DNA from: Mycobacteriales bacterium | GTDB taxonomy: Bacteria > Actinomycetota > Actinomycetes > Mycobacteriales > SCTD01 | DNA: 64,000 nt | Direction of reading: 5' to 3' | NCBI GenBank assembly: GCA_046590985.1 | Contig: JBKJVH010000036.1 | Location: forward strand, 11,325-75,324 | In this document: piece after piece, positions 36,642 through 45,199 of the stretch | How the letters are laid out: each line of letters opens with the position of its first letter | Position numbering within the stretch: position 1 is the first letter of the stretch | The notes under the pieces: generated by a model | What the model was told of the DNA's origin: nothing | Seen by the model: only the letters and a program-made list of their open reading frames with translations | The model's database searches: none | Translations under genes and position numbers: made by a program

Positions 36642-37034
36642 GTGAGTCGAGAGCTGGGTCGGCTGGTCGAGCACCGGCGCCATGAGCTGGGTCTGACGCG
36701 CCGCGACCTGGCGGCCCGGTCGGAGCTGTCCTACCCGTACATCTCCCAGATCGAGACCGGCGACCGCGACCCGTCGCTGCGCACCATGCACAAGCTGGCC
36801 GAGACCCTCGAGATGCCGGTGGAGCAGCTCGCCGGGATGGTCAGCGCTGAGACCTGGGCGTCGCAGAGCGTGTCGGCGCCGAGTTCCCCGTCGACCTTCG
36901 AGGACTCTCTCGAGCTCTACCGCGCGAAGGTCCTGCCGTCGATCGAACGCAAGCTGCAGTCGGTCCCGCCGTTGCTGCGGCTGCGACTCCTCAACGAGCT
37001 CACTGCGTCCGCCCTCGAGGAGCTGCAGGGCTGA
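36642..37034 (+). CDS. XRE-family helix-turn-helix transcriptional regulator
   Basis: 130 aa from GTG 36642. HTH: LGLTRRDLAARSELSYPYISQIETGDRDPSLRTMHKLAETL. The C-terminal ~60 aa are unassigned. Confidence 0.8.
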   Translation: MSRELGRLVEHRRHELGLTRRDLAARSELSYPYISQIETGDRDPSLRTMHKLAETLEMPVEQLAGMVSAETWASQSVSAPSSPSTFEDSLELYRAKVLPSIERKLQSVPPLLRLRLLNELTASALEELQG

Positions 37035-38683
37035 TGCCCCGGTGCTACCCGCCCCATCCGGAGTTCGGCAACGGCCGGCACGGGGAGCAGGTCGTCTGGG
37101 AGGCGCTCAAGGCGGCGCTGCCTGAGGACGCCGCGCTGCTGTACTCGCGGTGGGTCATGGAGCTGGCGGGTGACCAGGAGATCGACTTCCTGGTGGCCTG
37201 GCCGGGGGTCGGGCTCGCCGCGATCGAGGTCAAGGGCGGGCTCGTCGAGCGCGGTGCCGACGACCGCTGGTGGAGCGTCCGAGGTGCTGAGCGCAAGGCG
37301 CTCCAGCCACCGATGGTGCAGGCCTCCGATGCCGCGCACGCCCTCCAGCGCTGGCTCCGGGACAAGGGCGCGGTGGCCGGCCGCTCGCGGATGCAGCACC
37401 TGCTCGCGTTCCCGCACATGGTGGTGCCTGCCAGTCACGATCCCGCCGACTGCCCGCGCCGCCTGGTCATCGACTCCCGTGACCTGGCAAGGATCGACGG
37501 CATCGTGCGCCAAGCCATCGAGAACGGCAAGGGGCATGCGCCGCTGGACTCCGACGGGCTCGAGGAGCTGCTCGAACTGCTGACGATGCAGCTGCCCAGC
37601 CAGGCCGCCCTGCTGTCGCTGTGCGAAGAGCACCAGCAGCTGGTCGATCAGCGCACCAAGCACCAGGCCGAGACGGTCCGGAACCTGGAGGACTGGCCGA
37701 GGGCGGCGGTGATCGGCGGCGCCGGTACGGGCAAGACCTGGATGGCACTGGAACAGGCCCGGCGGCTGACCAAGGACGGCAAGCGGGTCGCGCTGGTCTG
37801 CTACTCCCGAGGCCTGGGGCGGTTCCTGCAACGGATGACCGCGACCTGGCCCAGGCCTCCGGCATACGTGGGGCTCTTCCACGACCTGGCGCTGTCGTGG
37901 GGTGCTGCCCAGCCGACCGGGGACGAGTCGGACTACTACGAGCAGGAGCTCCCGCAAGCGCTGTTCGGCCTTGCCGGCACGAAGCCGCTGAGCGAGAAGT
38001 TCGACGCGGTCGTGGTCGACGAGGGCCAGGACTTCGGCGAGCACTGGTGGCCGTCGCTGCTCCAGTGCCTGAAGGAGCCGGACGACGGCGGCGTGTTCGT
38101 CTTCATGGACCAGGGCCAGCGGGTGTTCGCGCGGCAAGCCAAGCCGCCGATCGCGCTGCCGCCGTACAAGCTGCACGAGGTCATCCGGAACACCCGCCGC
38201 ATCGCCCAGGTCTTCGGCTCCCTCGGACAGGGCCAGGCCAGCTACCCGGGGATGGAGGGGCCGCCGGTGCGGTTCGTGGCCTGCTCCGCCGAGGAGGCGA
38301 TGGGTCGGGCGGACGACGCGGTCGATGCGCTGCTCGACGAGTGGCGGCCCGGGCAGGTCGCGCTGCTGACGACCGGTTCGCGTCACAACCTGCAGCGGGA
38401 GGTCGTCGACGGGCAGGGATGGGATGCCTACTGGGACGCGTTCTTCGACGACGACGACCTGTTCTACGGGCACGTGCTCGGCTTCAAGGGCCTCGAGCGG
38501 CCGGCCGTGGTGCTCGCCGTGAACGGGTTCAAGCAACCCGAGCGGGCCAAGGAGATGCTCTACGTCGGGCTCTCCCGGGCGCGTACGCAGCTGGTCGTCT
38601 GCGGCGACCTCGACGAGATCACCGCGGTCGGTGGAGAGGGCGTCCGCAAGCGTCTCCAGGCCGCCCGGCAAGGGTCTGCCTAA
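37034..38683 (+). CDS. NERD-domain nuclease fused to SF1 (UvrD/AAA_19-like) helicase
   Basis: 549 aa. NERD-like EIDFLVAWPGVGLAAIEVKGG, Walker A GGAGTGKTW, Walker B VVVDEGQDF, and C-terminal LYVGLSRARTQLVV. The start overlaps the XRE stop (TGATG). Confidence 0.85.
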   Translation: MPRCYPPHPEFGNGRHGEQVVWEALKAALPEDAALLYSRWVMELAGDQEIDFLVAWPGVGLAAIEVKGGLVERGADDRWWSVRGAERKALQPPMVQASDAAHALQRWLRDKGAVAGRSRMQHLLAFPHMVVPASHDPADCPRRLVIDSRDLARIDGIVRQAIENGKGHAPLDSDGLEELLELLTMQLPSQAALLSLCEEHQQLVDQRTKHQAETVRNLEDWPRAAVIGGAGTGKTWMALEQARRLTKDGKRVALVCYSRGLGRFLQRMTATWPRPPAYVGLFHDLALSWGAAQPTGDESDYYEQELPQALFGLAGTKPLSEKFDAVVVDEGQDFGEHWWPSLLQCLKEPDDGGVFVFMDQGQRVFARQAKPPIALPPYKLHEVIRNTRRIAQVFGSLGQGQASYPGMEGPPVRFVACSAEEAMGRADDAVDALLDEWRPGQVALLTTGSRHNLQREVVDGQGWDAYWDAFFDDDDLFYGHVLGFKGLERPAVVLAVNGFKQPERAKEMLYVGLSRARTQLVVCGDLDEITAVGGEGVRKRLQAARQGSA

Positions 38684-38702
38684 GACGCGTTACGGTCTCG
38701 GG

Positions 38703-39917
38703 ATGAGCACCCGCGAGCACGATGTCGTCCTGCACGGCGCGACCGGCTTTGTCGGCCGGCTGACCGCCCAGCACCTCAAGCAGCACGCGGGGGATGCCCG
38801 GGTGGCGCTGTCCGGTCGGTCGAAGGACAAGCTGTCAGCCCTTCGCGAGGAACTCGGCGTCGACTGGCCGGTCATCGTTGCCGACGCCGCCGATGAGGGC
38901 TCGATGGCCGCGCTGGCCGCCTCCACCACGGCGGTCGCCACGACGGTCGGTCCCTACGTGAAGTATGGGATGCCCCTCGTGCTGGCCTGCGCCGCTGCCG
39001 GGACGCACTACGCCGACCTGACCGGTGAGGTGCTGTTCGTCCGGGACAGCCACCAGCAGGCGCACAAGCTGGCGAAGGAGTCCGGGGCGCGGATCGTGCA
39101 CGCCACCGGCTTCGACTCGGTGCCGTCGGACCTCGGCGTGCTGCTGCTGCACGAGCAGGTCACCGCCGACGGCGAAGGAACCTTGGAGGACACCGCGCTG
39201 CTGCTCGTGTCGATGCGCGGCGGCGTCAGCGGCGGGACGATCGACTCGCTGCGGGTCATGATCGACGCGGTCATGGCCGACAAGGACCTCCGACCGGTCA
39301 TGGCTGACCCGTACGCGCTGAGCCCGGATCGGGTGCTGGAGCCCGACCTCGGGTCCGAGCGCGACGTGCTGATCCCGACGAAGGACCCGCTGCTGGAGCG
39401 CTGGGTCGCACCGTTCGTGATGGCGCCGTACAACACCAGGGTGGTGCGGCGGAGCAACGCGCTGCTCGGCCACGCGTACGGGCCGGGGTTCCGCTACCGC
39501 GAGGTGATGGGCGTCGGGCGCAGCCCGTTGGCGCCGGTCCTGGCCGGCGGGGTCACCGCGGGAGTCGGCTTCCTGGCAGCCGGGATGGCGTTGCCGCCGA
39601 CCCGGTTCCTGCTCGACCGGGTGCTGCCGAAGCCGGGGGAGGGGCCGTCGGTGAAGACCCAGGAGAAGGGCTACTTCCGCGCCGAGATCCACACCCGGAC
39701 CTCAACGGGAGCCCACTACGTCGCGACGGTCGCCGCTCAGGGCGACCCCGGGTACGCCGCGACCGCCGTGATGTTCGGGGAGAGCGCGCTGTGCCTGGGC
39801 ACCGACGCGCTCACCTCCGCCGGTGGGGTGCTCACCCCTGCGGTCGCGATGGGCTCGACGCTGGCCGATCGCCTCCGCGCCCGCGGGTTCGAGCTGAGCG
39901 TGCGTCGGCTCAGCTAG
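38703..39917 (+). CDS. saccharopine dehydrogenase-like / trans-acting enoyl reductase family oxidoreductase
   Basis: 404 aa from ATG 38703. The N-terminus has the Rossmann motif VVLHGATGFVGRL. Confidence 0.8.
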   Translation: MSTREHDVVLHGATGFVGRLTAQHLKQHAGDARVALSGRSKDKLSALREELGVDWPVIVADAADEGSMAALAASTTAVATTVGPYVKYGMPLVLACAAAGTHYADLTGEVLFVRDSHQQAHKLAKESGARIVHATGFDSVPSDLGVLLLHEQVTADGEGTLEDTALLLVSMRGGVSGGTIDSLRVMIDAVMADKDLRPVMADPYALSPDRVLEPDLGSERDVLIPTKDPLLERWVAPFVMAPYNTRVVRRSNALLGHAYGPGFRYREVMGVGRSPLAPVLAGGVTAGVGFLAAGMALPPTRFLLDRVLPKPGEGPSVKTQEKGYFRAEIHTRTSTGAHYVATVAAQGDPGYAATAVMFGESALCLGTDALTSAGGVLTPAVAMGSTLADRLRARGFELSVRRLS

Positions 39918-40264
39918 TCCTCGTGGCCGGCGATGTAGGCCTTCGCGGTCGCGTCCAGGCCCTTGCTGCTCAGCTTCCAGTACCAGTCGACGGCCGTCGT
40001 GCCGCGCTTGTCGACCTCGGCCTGGCCCAGGTCGCGCAGGTGGTAGTACGCCTCGCCCGCGAGAGCGGCGTGCGTCGCCGGGTAGCCGAGCGCCTCCGCG
40101 GCGGTGTGCCGCTGGACGAACCCGTAGCGGGTCGCCTCGTTGGAGCCGTGCCACTCCAGCAGCTTCGGCGCGAGTCGCTTCACCTCCGCGCGGTAGTCGG
40201 CAGCCGTCCCCTCGAACCAGGTCAGCTTGCTCACGTCCTTGATGCCGTCGATGTGCCAGGCCAT
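39914..40264 (-). CDS. hypothetical protein (116 aa)
   Basis: MAWHIDGIKDVSKLTWFEGTAADYRAEVKRLAPKLLEWHG... is the terminal part of a longer track ORF whose upstream portion is antisense to the amidase gene. No family recognised. Confidence 0.5.
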   Translation of the reverse strand: MAWHIDGIKDVSKLTWFEGTAADYRAEVKRLAPKLLEWHGSNEATRYGFVQRHTAAEALGYPATHAALAGEAYYHLRDLGQAEVDKRGTTAVDWYWKLSSKGLDATAKAYIAGHED

Positions 40265-40367
40265 AAGACGTCCTTTGCTCTCGCGCACCCCCGAGTGGGG
40301 CACTTCAGTCTCCCACGCGGGCCCGAACTGGTTGAGTAGAGGGCACGTCCGAGAACAGGAGCCCCCC

Positions 40368-41186
40368 ATGCGCACCTCCCTGCCCGTCGCCGGCCTCGCG
40401 CTGCTGGTCATGGTGACCGCTTGCGGGACCCCCGCTACGAAGGCGGCTGACCGGGCGTCGACTGTCCCATCCACGGATCGCGTGGTGGCGTCCACGACCA
40501 CCGCCACGACGACCACGGCGCGGCTGAGCGGGGTCACGATCGTCCTCGACCCGGGGCACAACGCCCTCAACTCCAGCCAGCCCCAGCGCGCCAACGCCCC
40601 GGTGCCGGCGGGCGGCTTCACCAAGCCGTGCAACACCTCCGGCACCTCCACCAACGGCGGATACGCCGAGCACGCGTACGCCTGGGACGTCGCCGTCCGG
40701 GCCGCTGCCCTGCTGAGGTCGCTGGGGGCTCGGGTCATCCTGACGCGGCCGGACGACCGCAGCTTCGGGCCGTGCGTGAACGAGCGCGCCGCCATCGCCA
40801 ACCGCAACCACGCGGCGCTGACGATCAGCATCCACGCCGACGGCGCGGCGTCCTCCGCGTACGGCTTCCACGTCATCGAGGCCGGCCTGGCGCCCGACGG
40901 GGGCAATCGGGCCTACCTGGCCTCCTCCGACCGGCTGGCCCGAGCGCTCCGGACGGCCTTCAGAGGTACGACCGCCGAGCCGTACGCGACCTACACCGGT
41001 GGTGGTCAGGGTCTGACCAAGCGCTCCGACCTCGCAGGGCTCAACCTGGCGCGGGTGCCCGCGGCGTTCATCGAGTGCGGCAACATGCGCAACGCCTTCG
41101 ACGCCCGCCGCTTCACGACCGCGTCCTACCGGCAGAAGGCCGCACTCGGCGTCGAGCGGGCGGCTCTCGCCTTCCTCCACCGATGA
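40368..41186 (+). CDS. N-acetylmuramoyl-L-alanine amidase (Amidase_3) lipoprotein
   Basis: Lipobox LLVMVTACG. Amidase_3 blocks IVLDPGHN, ISIHADG and IECGNMRN. Confidence 0.8.
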   Translation: MRTSLPVAGLALLVMVTACGTPATKAADRASTVPSTDRVVASTTTATTTTARLSGVTIVLDPGHNALNSSQPQRANAPVPAGGFTKPCNTSGTSTNGGYAEHAYAWDVAVRAAALLRSLGARVILTRPDDRSFGPCVNERAAIANRNHAALTISIHADGAASSAYGFHVIEAGLAPDGGNRAYLASSDRLARALRTAFRGTTAEPYATYTGGGQGLTKRSDLAGLNLARVPAAFIECGNMRNAFDARRFTTASYRQKAALGVERAALAFLHR

Positions 41187-42832
41187 CGCTCCTCAACCCG
41201 CGGACCTACGACCCGGACCTCGACCCGGACGCCCGCCGACTCATCGCCCGGACGATCGCGTGGTTCGAGGCCCGCGGCAAGGACGAGCTCAAGCGGGTCC
41301 ACCACGAGCGCGAGTGGCACGCGGACTTCCTGCAGTTCCTGCACGACGAGCAGGTGCTCGCGACCCTCCTCACGCCCGGGCTCCAGGGCGGCGTCTGGGA
41401 CACCGCTCGCATCTGCGCGTACGGCGAGCTGCTCGCGTTCTACGGCCTGGACTACTGGTACACCTGGCAGGTCACGATCCTGGGCCTGGGCCCGATCTGG
41501 CAGAGCGCCAACGACTCCGCCCGAGACCACGCCACCGACCTGCTGCGCGAGGGTCAGGTGTTCGCGTTCGGGTTGTCGGAGAAGGAGCACGGCGCCGACA
41601 TCTACAGCACCGACCTGGTCATCAACCACGGGCTCGCGACCGGCTCGAAGTACTACATCGGCAACGGCAACGTCGCGCGGATGGTGTCGGTCTTCGGCCG
41701 GGACGGGGCCCTCGAAGGGCCGGAGGCCTATGTGTTCTTCGTCGCGGACAGCCAGCACCCGGCGTACACGCTGGTGAAGAACGTGGTGGCGTCCCAGAAG
41801 TACGTCAGCGAGTTCCGGCTCGAGAACTACCCCGTCACCGAGGTGCTGCACCGCGGCCCGGCGGCCTTCGACGCGGCTCTCAACACCGTCAACGTCGGGA
41901 AGTTCAACCTCGGGTTCGCCTCCATCGGGATCTGCGAGCACGCCTTCTTCGAGGCGATCACGCACGCCTCCGGCCGGGTCCTGTACGGCAAGCACGTCAC
42001 CGACTTCCCGCACGTCCGGCAGGGCCTGACCGACGCCTACGTCCGGTTGGTGGCGATGAAGCTCTTCGCCGAGCGGGCCATCGACTACTTCCGGTCCGCC
42101 TCGGCCCAGGACCGCCGGTACCTGCTGTTCAACCCGGTCACCAAGATGAAGGTGACCACCGAGGGGGAGCGCGTCATCGACGGGCTCTGGGACGTGATCG
42201 CCGCGAAGGGGTTCGAGAAGGACACCTACTTCGAGCAGGCGTCGATGGACATCCGGGCGCTCCCGAAGCTCGAGGGCACGGTGCACGTGAACATGGCGCT
42301 GGTGCTGAAGTTCCTGCCCAACTACCTGCTCAAGGTGGCCGAGGTGCCCGTTGTCGACAAGCAGGGACCGGGGGATGACCCGTTCCTGTGGGAGCAGGGC
42401 CCGGCTCGCGGGCTGGGCGCGATCGCGTTCGGGGACTGGCGGGTGCCGTACGACGCGTATGCACACCTGCCCAACGTCGCGGTGTTCCGTGAGCAGGCCG
42501 ACGGCCTGGTGGCGTTCCCGCTGCCGGACGCCGAGCAGGCCAAGGACCTCGACCTGATGCTGGTGCTCGGTGAGCTGTTCACGCTGGTCGTGTACGGCCA
42601 GCTCATCCTCGAGCAGGGCGCGTCCGACGACCTGCTCGACCAGGTCTTCGACGTGCTGGTCCGGGACTTCTCGACCTACGCCGTCTCCTTGCACGGCAAG
42701 GCTTCCTCGACGAAGGCGCAGCAGCAGTGGGCGCTGGACCACGTCCGGAAGCCGGCGTCGGAACCGGAGCGCTACGCCCGGGTGTGGGCTGAGGTGCACG
42801 GCCTGGCCGGCGCGTACGAGATGCGCCCCTAA
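41183..42832 (+). CDS. acyl-CoA dehydrogenase family protein (long form)
   Basis: 549 aa with an ATGA overlap with the upstream gene. It has ACAD-like blocks (FAFGLSEKEHGADIYST, KYYIGNGN). Confidence 0.8.
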   Translation: MTLLNPRTYDPDLDPDARRLIARTIAWFEARGKDELKRVHHEREWHADFLQFLHDEQVLATLLTPGLQGGVWDTARICAYGELLAFYGLDYWYTWQVTILGLGPIWQSANDSARDHATDLLREGQVFAFGLSEKEHGADIYSTDLVINHGLATGSKYYIGNGNVARMVSVFGRDGALEGPEAYVFFVADSQHPAYTLVKNVVASQKYVSEFRLENYPVTEVLHRGPAAFDAALNTVNVGKFNLGFASIGICEHAFFEAITHASGRVLYGKHVTDFPHVRQGLTDAYVRLVAMKLFAERAIDYFRSASAQDRRYLLFNPVTKMKVTTEGERVIDGLWDVIAAKGFEKDTYFEQASMDIRALPKLEGTVHVNMALVLKFLPNYLLKVAEVPVVDKQGPGDDPFLWEQGPARGLGAIAFGDWRVPYDAYAHLPNVAVFREQADGLVAFPLPDAEQAKDLDLMLVLGELFTLVVYGQLILEQGASDDLLDQVFDVLVRDFSTYAVSLHGKASSTKAQQQWALDHVRKPASEPERYARVWAEVHGLAGAYEMRP

Positions 42833-44433
42833 CGGCCTCGTGTGAGGGCGCTGGAGGCGCGGAACGAGGCGACGACCAGGGCGAGGGCGGCGACGACCCC
42901 GAGAGCCACCGTCGCGGACGGCAGCCGGTCCTGAACGGTCGGCGGCGGCACGGCGCTCTGGTACCGCAGGATGAGCCCCGCCAGCACTGAGCCGGCCAGC
43001 ACGGCGATCAGCCCGGTCGTCCGGTAGCCGATCGCGAGCGCCGGCGGCAGGAACGGCGACGGGTCGTCCGACAGTGCGCCCAGCGCCCCGGCGGCCGCCA
43101 GCAGCACCGCGATCGCGGCACCGGCCAGCAAGAGCTCGGGCAGCTTCGCGGCCGGTACGAGGCCCAGCGCCACGATCCCGACGGCGCCGACGAGGGCGCC
43201 GACGAAGGCCAGCCCGGCCGAGACCGCCAGGTCCAGGCGGGCCAGCTGCAGGTGCCGGACGGGCAGGGCGGCGGCCAGCGGTGCTCGGTCGACGTCGAGC
43301 CGGATCGGGTCGGCGAACCGGGTGGCGACCACGGCCAGTCCGATCCCCGCGAGGGCCGCCCACACCAACGTCACCTCCAGCGTCTTGCCCGGGGTCACCC
43401 GGACAGCGGCGGCGAGCACCACCCCGGTGACCGCCGCGCAGGCGAGCACCCGCGGCAGCACCGGCGTGCCCTGCTCCTGCACGAACGCCTTGCCGATCAG
43501 TGCGGGTACGGGCCCGGGCCTCGGCGGCAGGGAAACGCGCCGGCGACGGGAGCGCCGGACCGGTTCGGTGCGGGTCAGGTAGACCGACGCGGTGAAGCCC
43601 AGTCGCAACCCGGTGCGGGTGACGTCGGCCCGGCGGGAGCGGGCCATGAGCTGCTCAGCGGTCGCCCGGCCGGAGGCGCGGAAGGCCAGCAATCCCAGTG
43701 GCACAAGGGATCCGGCCAGCGCAACGGCCAGCCACAGCCCGTACATCGATGCCGTTCCGCGGGCTGGACCGCTCAGGGGTAGGTCGCTGGGGCCGACGCC
43801 GGCGAGGTCCTGCAGGGCGCCGAGGTAGCCGTCGACCGCGATCTTGCGGCCGAGCCAGCAGAGACCGAGGAGCGCGGCCAGTGCCACGGCTGAGCCGAGC
43901 AGCCGGGCGACCAGTGCGAGCATCCGTGACACCTGGACCAGCCAGGCCAGCAGGACGGTGACCACGGCCAGCAACGCCGGCAGCAGCAGGTCATCGCGGA
44001 GCACGGTGGCGGCGGGAGCGCCGAGGTCGCGGACGTCAATGTAGAGCAGCGCGGCGCTCGCGAAGCCCGCCGCGGCCAGCGCCCGCACGACGGCTGCAAG
44101 GAGCGCCGGCAGCACCAGGGACCGGCGGGGCACCGGCCACGTCAGCAGCAGTCGGGCGTCCTCGGGCGGCAGCACCACGGGACCTCCGCGGACCGCAGCG
44201 GCGCAGCGGCCGAACACGACGGCGACGGCAGCGAACAGCAGCAGCCTCGGCTCGGCCCCGGCGAACGCCGACCGGAGCGGGCCTGGCTGCGGAGCGGAGG
44301 CTTCACCGAGAGCTGCTAGCGGGTAGGCCGAGATCAGCGCCACCACGTAGATCGCGTAGAGCGCGTCGCCGAGGGACTGGCGCTCCCGCGCGGCCCGGCG
44401 GCGCAGGTGCCGGACCTCCCGGGCGACGTTCAC
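42829..44433 (-). CDS. polytopic membrane protein of unknown function, coupled to an ABC ATPase
   Basis: 534 aa from GTG 44433, with a GTGA overlap with the ATPase gene. It has many Ala/Leu/Val-rich predicted helices. Confidence 0.65.
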   Translation of the reverse strand: MNVAREVRHLRRRAARERQSLGDALYAIYVVALISAYPLAALGEASAPQPGPLRSAFAGAEPRLLLFAAVAVVFGRCAAAVRGGPVVLPPEDARLLLTWPVPRRSLVLPALLAAVVRALAAAGFASAALLYIDVRDLGAPAATVLRDDLLLPALLAVVTVLLAWLVQVSRMLALVARLLGSAVALAALLGLCWLGRKIAVDGYLGALQDLAGVGPSDLPLSGPARGTASMYGLWLAVALAGSLVPLGLLAFRASGRATAEQLMARSRRADVTRTGLRLGFTASVYLTRTEPVRRSRRRRVSLPPRPGPVPALIGKAFVQEQGTPVLPRVLACAAVTGVVLAAAVRVTPGKTLEVTLVWAALAGIGLAVVATRFADPIRLDVDRAPLAAALPVRHLQLARLDLAVSAGLAFVGALVGAVGIVALGLVPAAKLPELLLAGAAIAVLLAAAGALGALSDDPSPFLPPALAIGYRTTGLIAVLAGSVLAGLILRYQSAVPPPTVQDRLPSATVALGVVAALALVVASFRASSALTRGR

Positions 44434-45122
44434 GCGTCGTCGTCCGCGTTCTGCACGACGTCCTTGGGGGCACCCTTGGCGACGACCACGCCCTCCTCCA
44501 GTCGCATCGCGCGGTCGGCGAAGTGCTCGACGCGCGCCCTCGCGTGGGTGGCCACGACCGCTGCGGTACCTGCCTTGCAACGCTCGGCCAGCAGGGCCAG
44601 GAACGCCACGCGGCCGCTGTCGTCGAGGCCGCTGAAGGGCTCGTCGATGAGCAACAACGACGCCGGGCGCAGGAACGCCAGTGCCAGGCCGGCCTTCTGG
44701 CGCATGCCCCGGCTGAACGTCGCCGGCACCTCGTCGATCACGTGGCCGATCCCGAGCCGGTCGAGGAGCTCGTCGAAGGGGTCGTCGCTGACGTCCCACG
44801 CCCCGGCGACGAACCGGCCGTGCTGGCGCAGCGTCAGGTCCGGGAACAGCAACGGCTCGTCGGGGACGTACGCGATGTCGCGGCGGTACTCCGGCTGGTC
44901 CACGCCGGGTTTCAGCAGCAGCTCGCCGACCTGGACGGTGCCCTCGGACGGGTCGAGCACCCCCGCGATGGCCGCCAGCGTCGTGGACTTGCCGGAGCCG
45001 TTGTGGCCGAGCAGGGCGAGCACCTTGCCCGGCATCAGCGTGAGCGAGACCGGCCCAAGGACGCGCCGGCCGTCGTAGTCCTTGCAGAGCCCGTCCAGGA
45101 CGAGAGCGGGGGGAGTGGCCAC
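44430..45122 (-). CDS. ABC transporter ATP-binding protein
   Basis: Walker A GHNGSGKST, signature FSRGMRQK (LSGGQ-like), Walker B LLLIDEP. Confidence 0.9.
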   Translation of the reverse strand: MATPPALVLDGLCKDYDGRRVLGPVSLTLMPGKVLALLGHNGSGKSTTLAAIAGVLDPSEGTVQVGELLLKPGVDQPEYRRDIAYVPDEPLLFPDLTLRQHGRFVAGAWDVSDDPFDELLDRLGIGHVIDEVPATFSRGMRQKAGLALAFLRPASLLLIDEPFSGLDDSGRVAFLALLAERCKAGTAAVVATHARARVEHFADRAMRLEEGVVVAKGAPKDVVQNADDDA

Positions 45123-45199
45123 CGCGCCACGCTACGGGAAGGGATCGCCGCTCCGGTGTCCAAGCCCTCGGCATCGCCAGGCGAGCCCCGGTTCCACCA

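Noticed and set aside
36917-38671. 584-aa minus-strand ORF opposite the NERD-helicase gene
   Set aside because: The plus-strand frame has NERD and SF1 helicase motifs and is translationally coupled to the XRE gene. The antisense frame has no motifs.
41126-43363. 745-aa minus-strand ORF overlapping the long acyl-CoA dehydrogenase gene and the membrane protein gene
   Set aside because: It is mostly antisense to the ACAD-family gene. The real minus-strand gene (membrane protein) is in another frame and starts at 44433.
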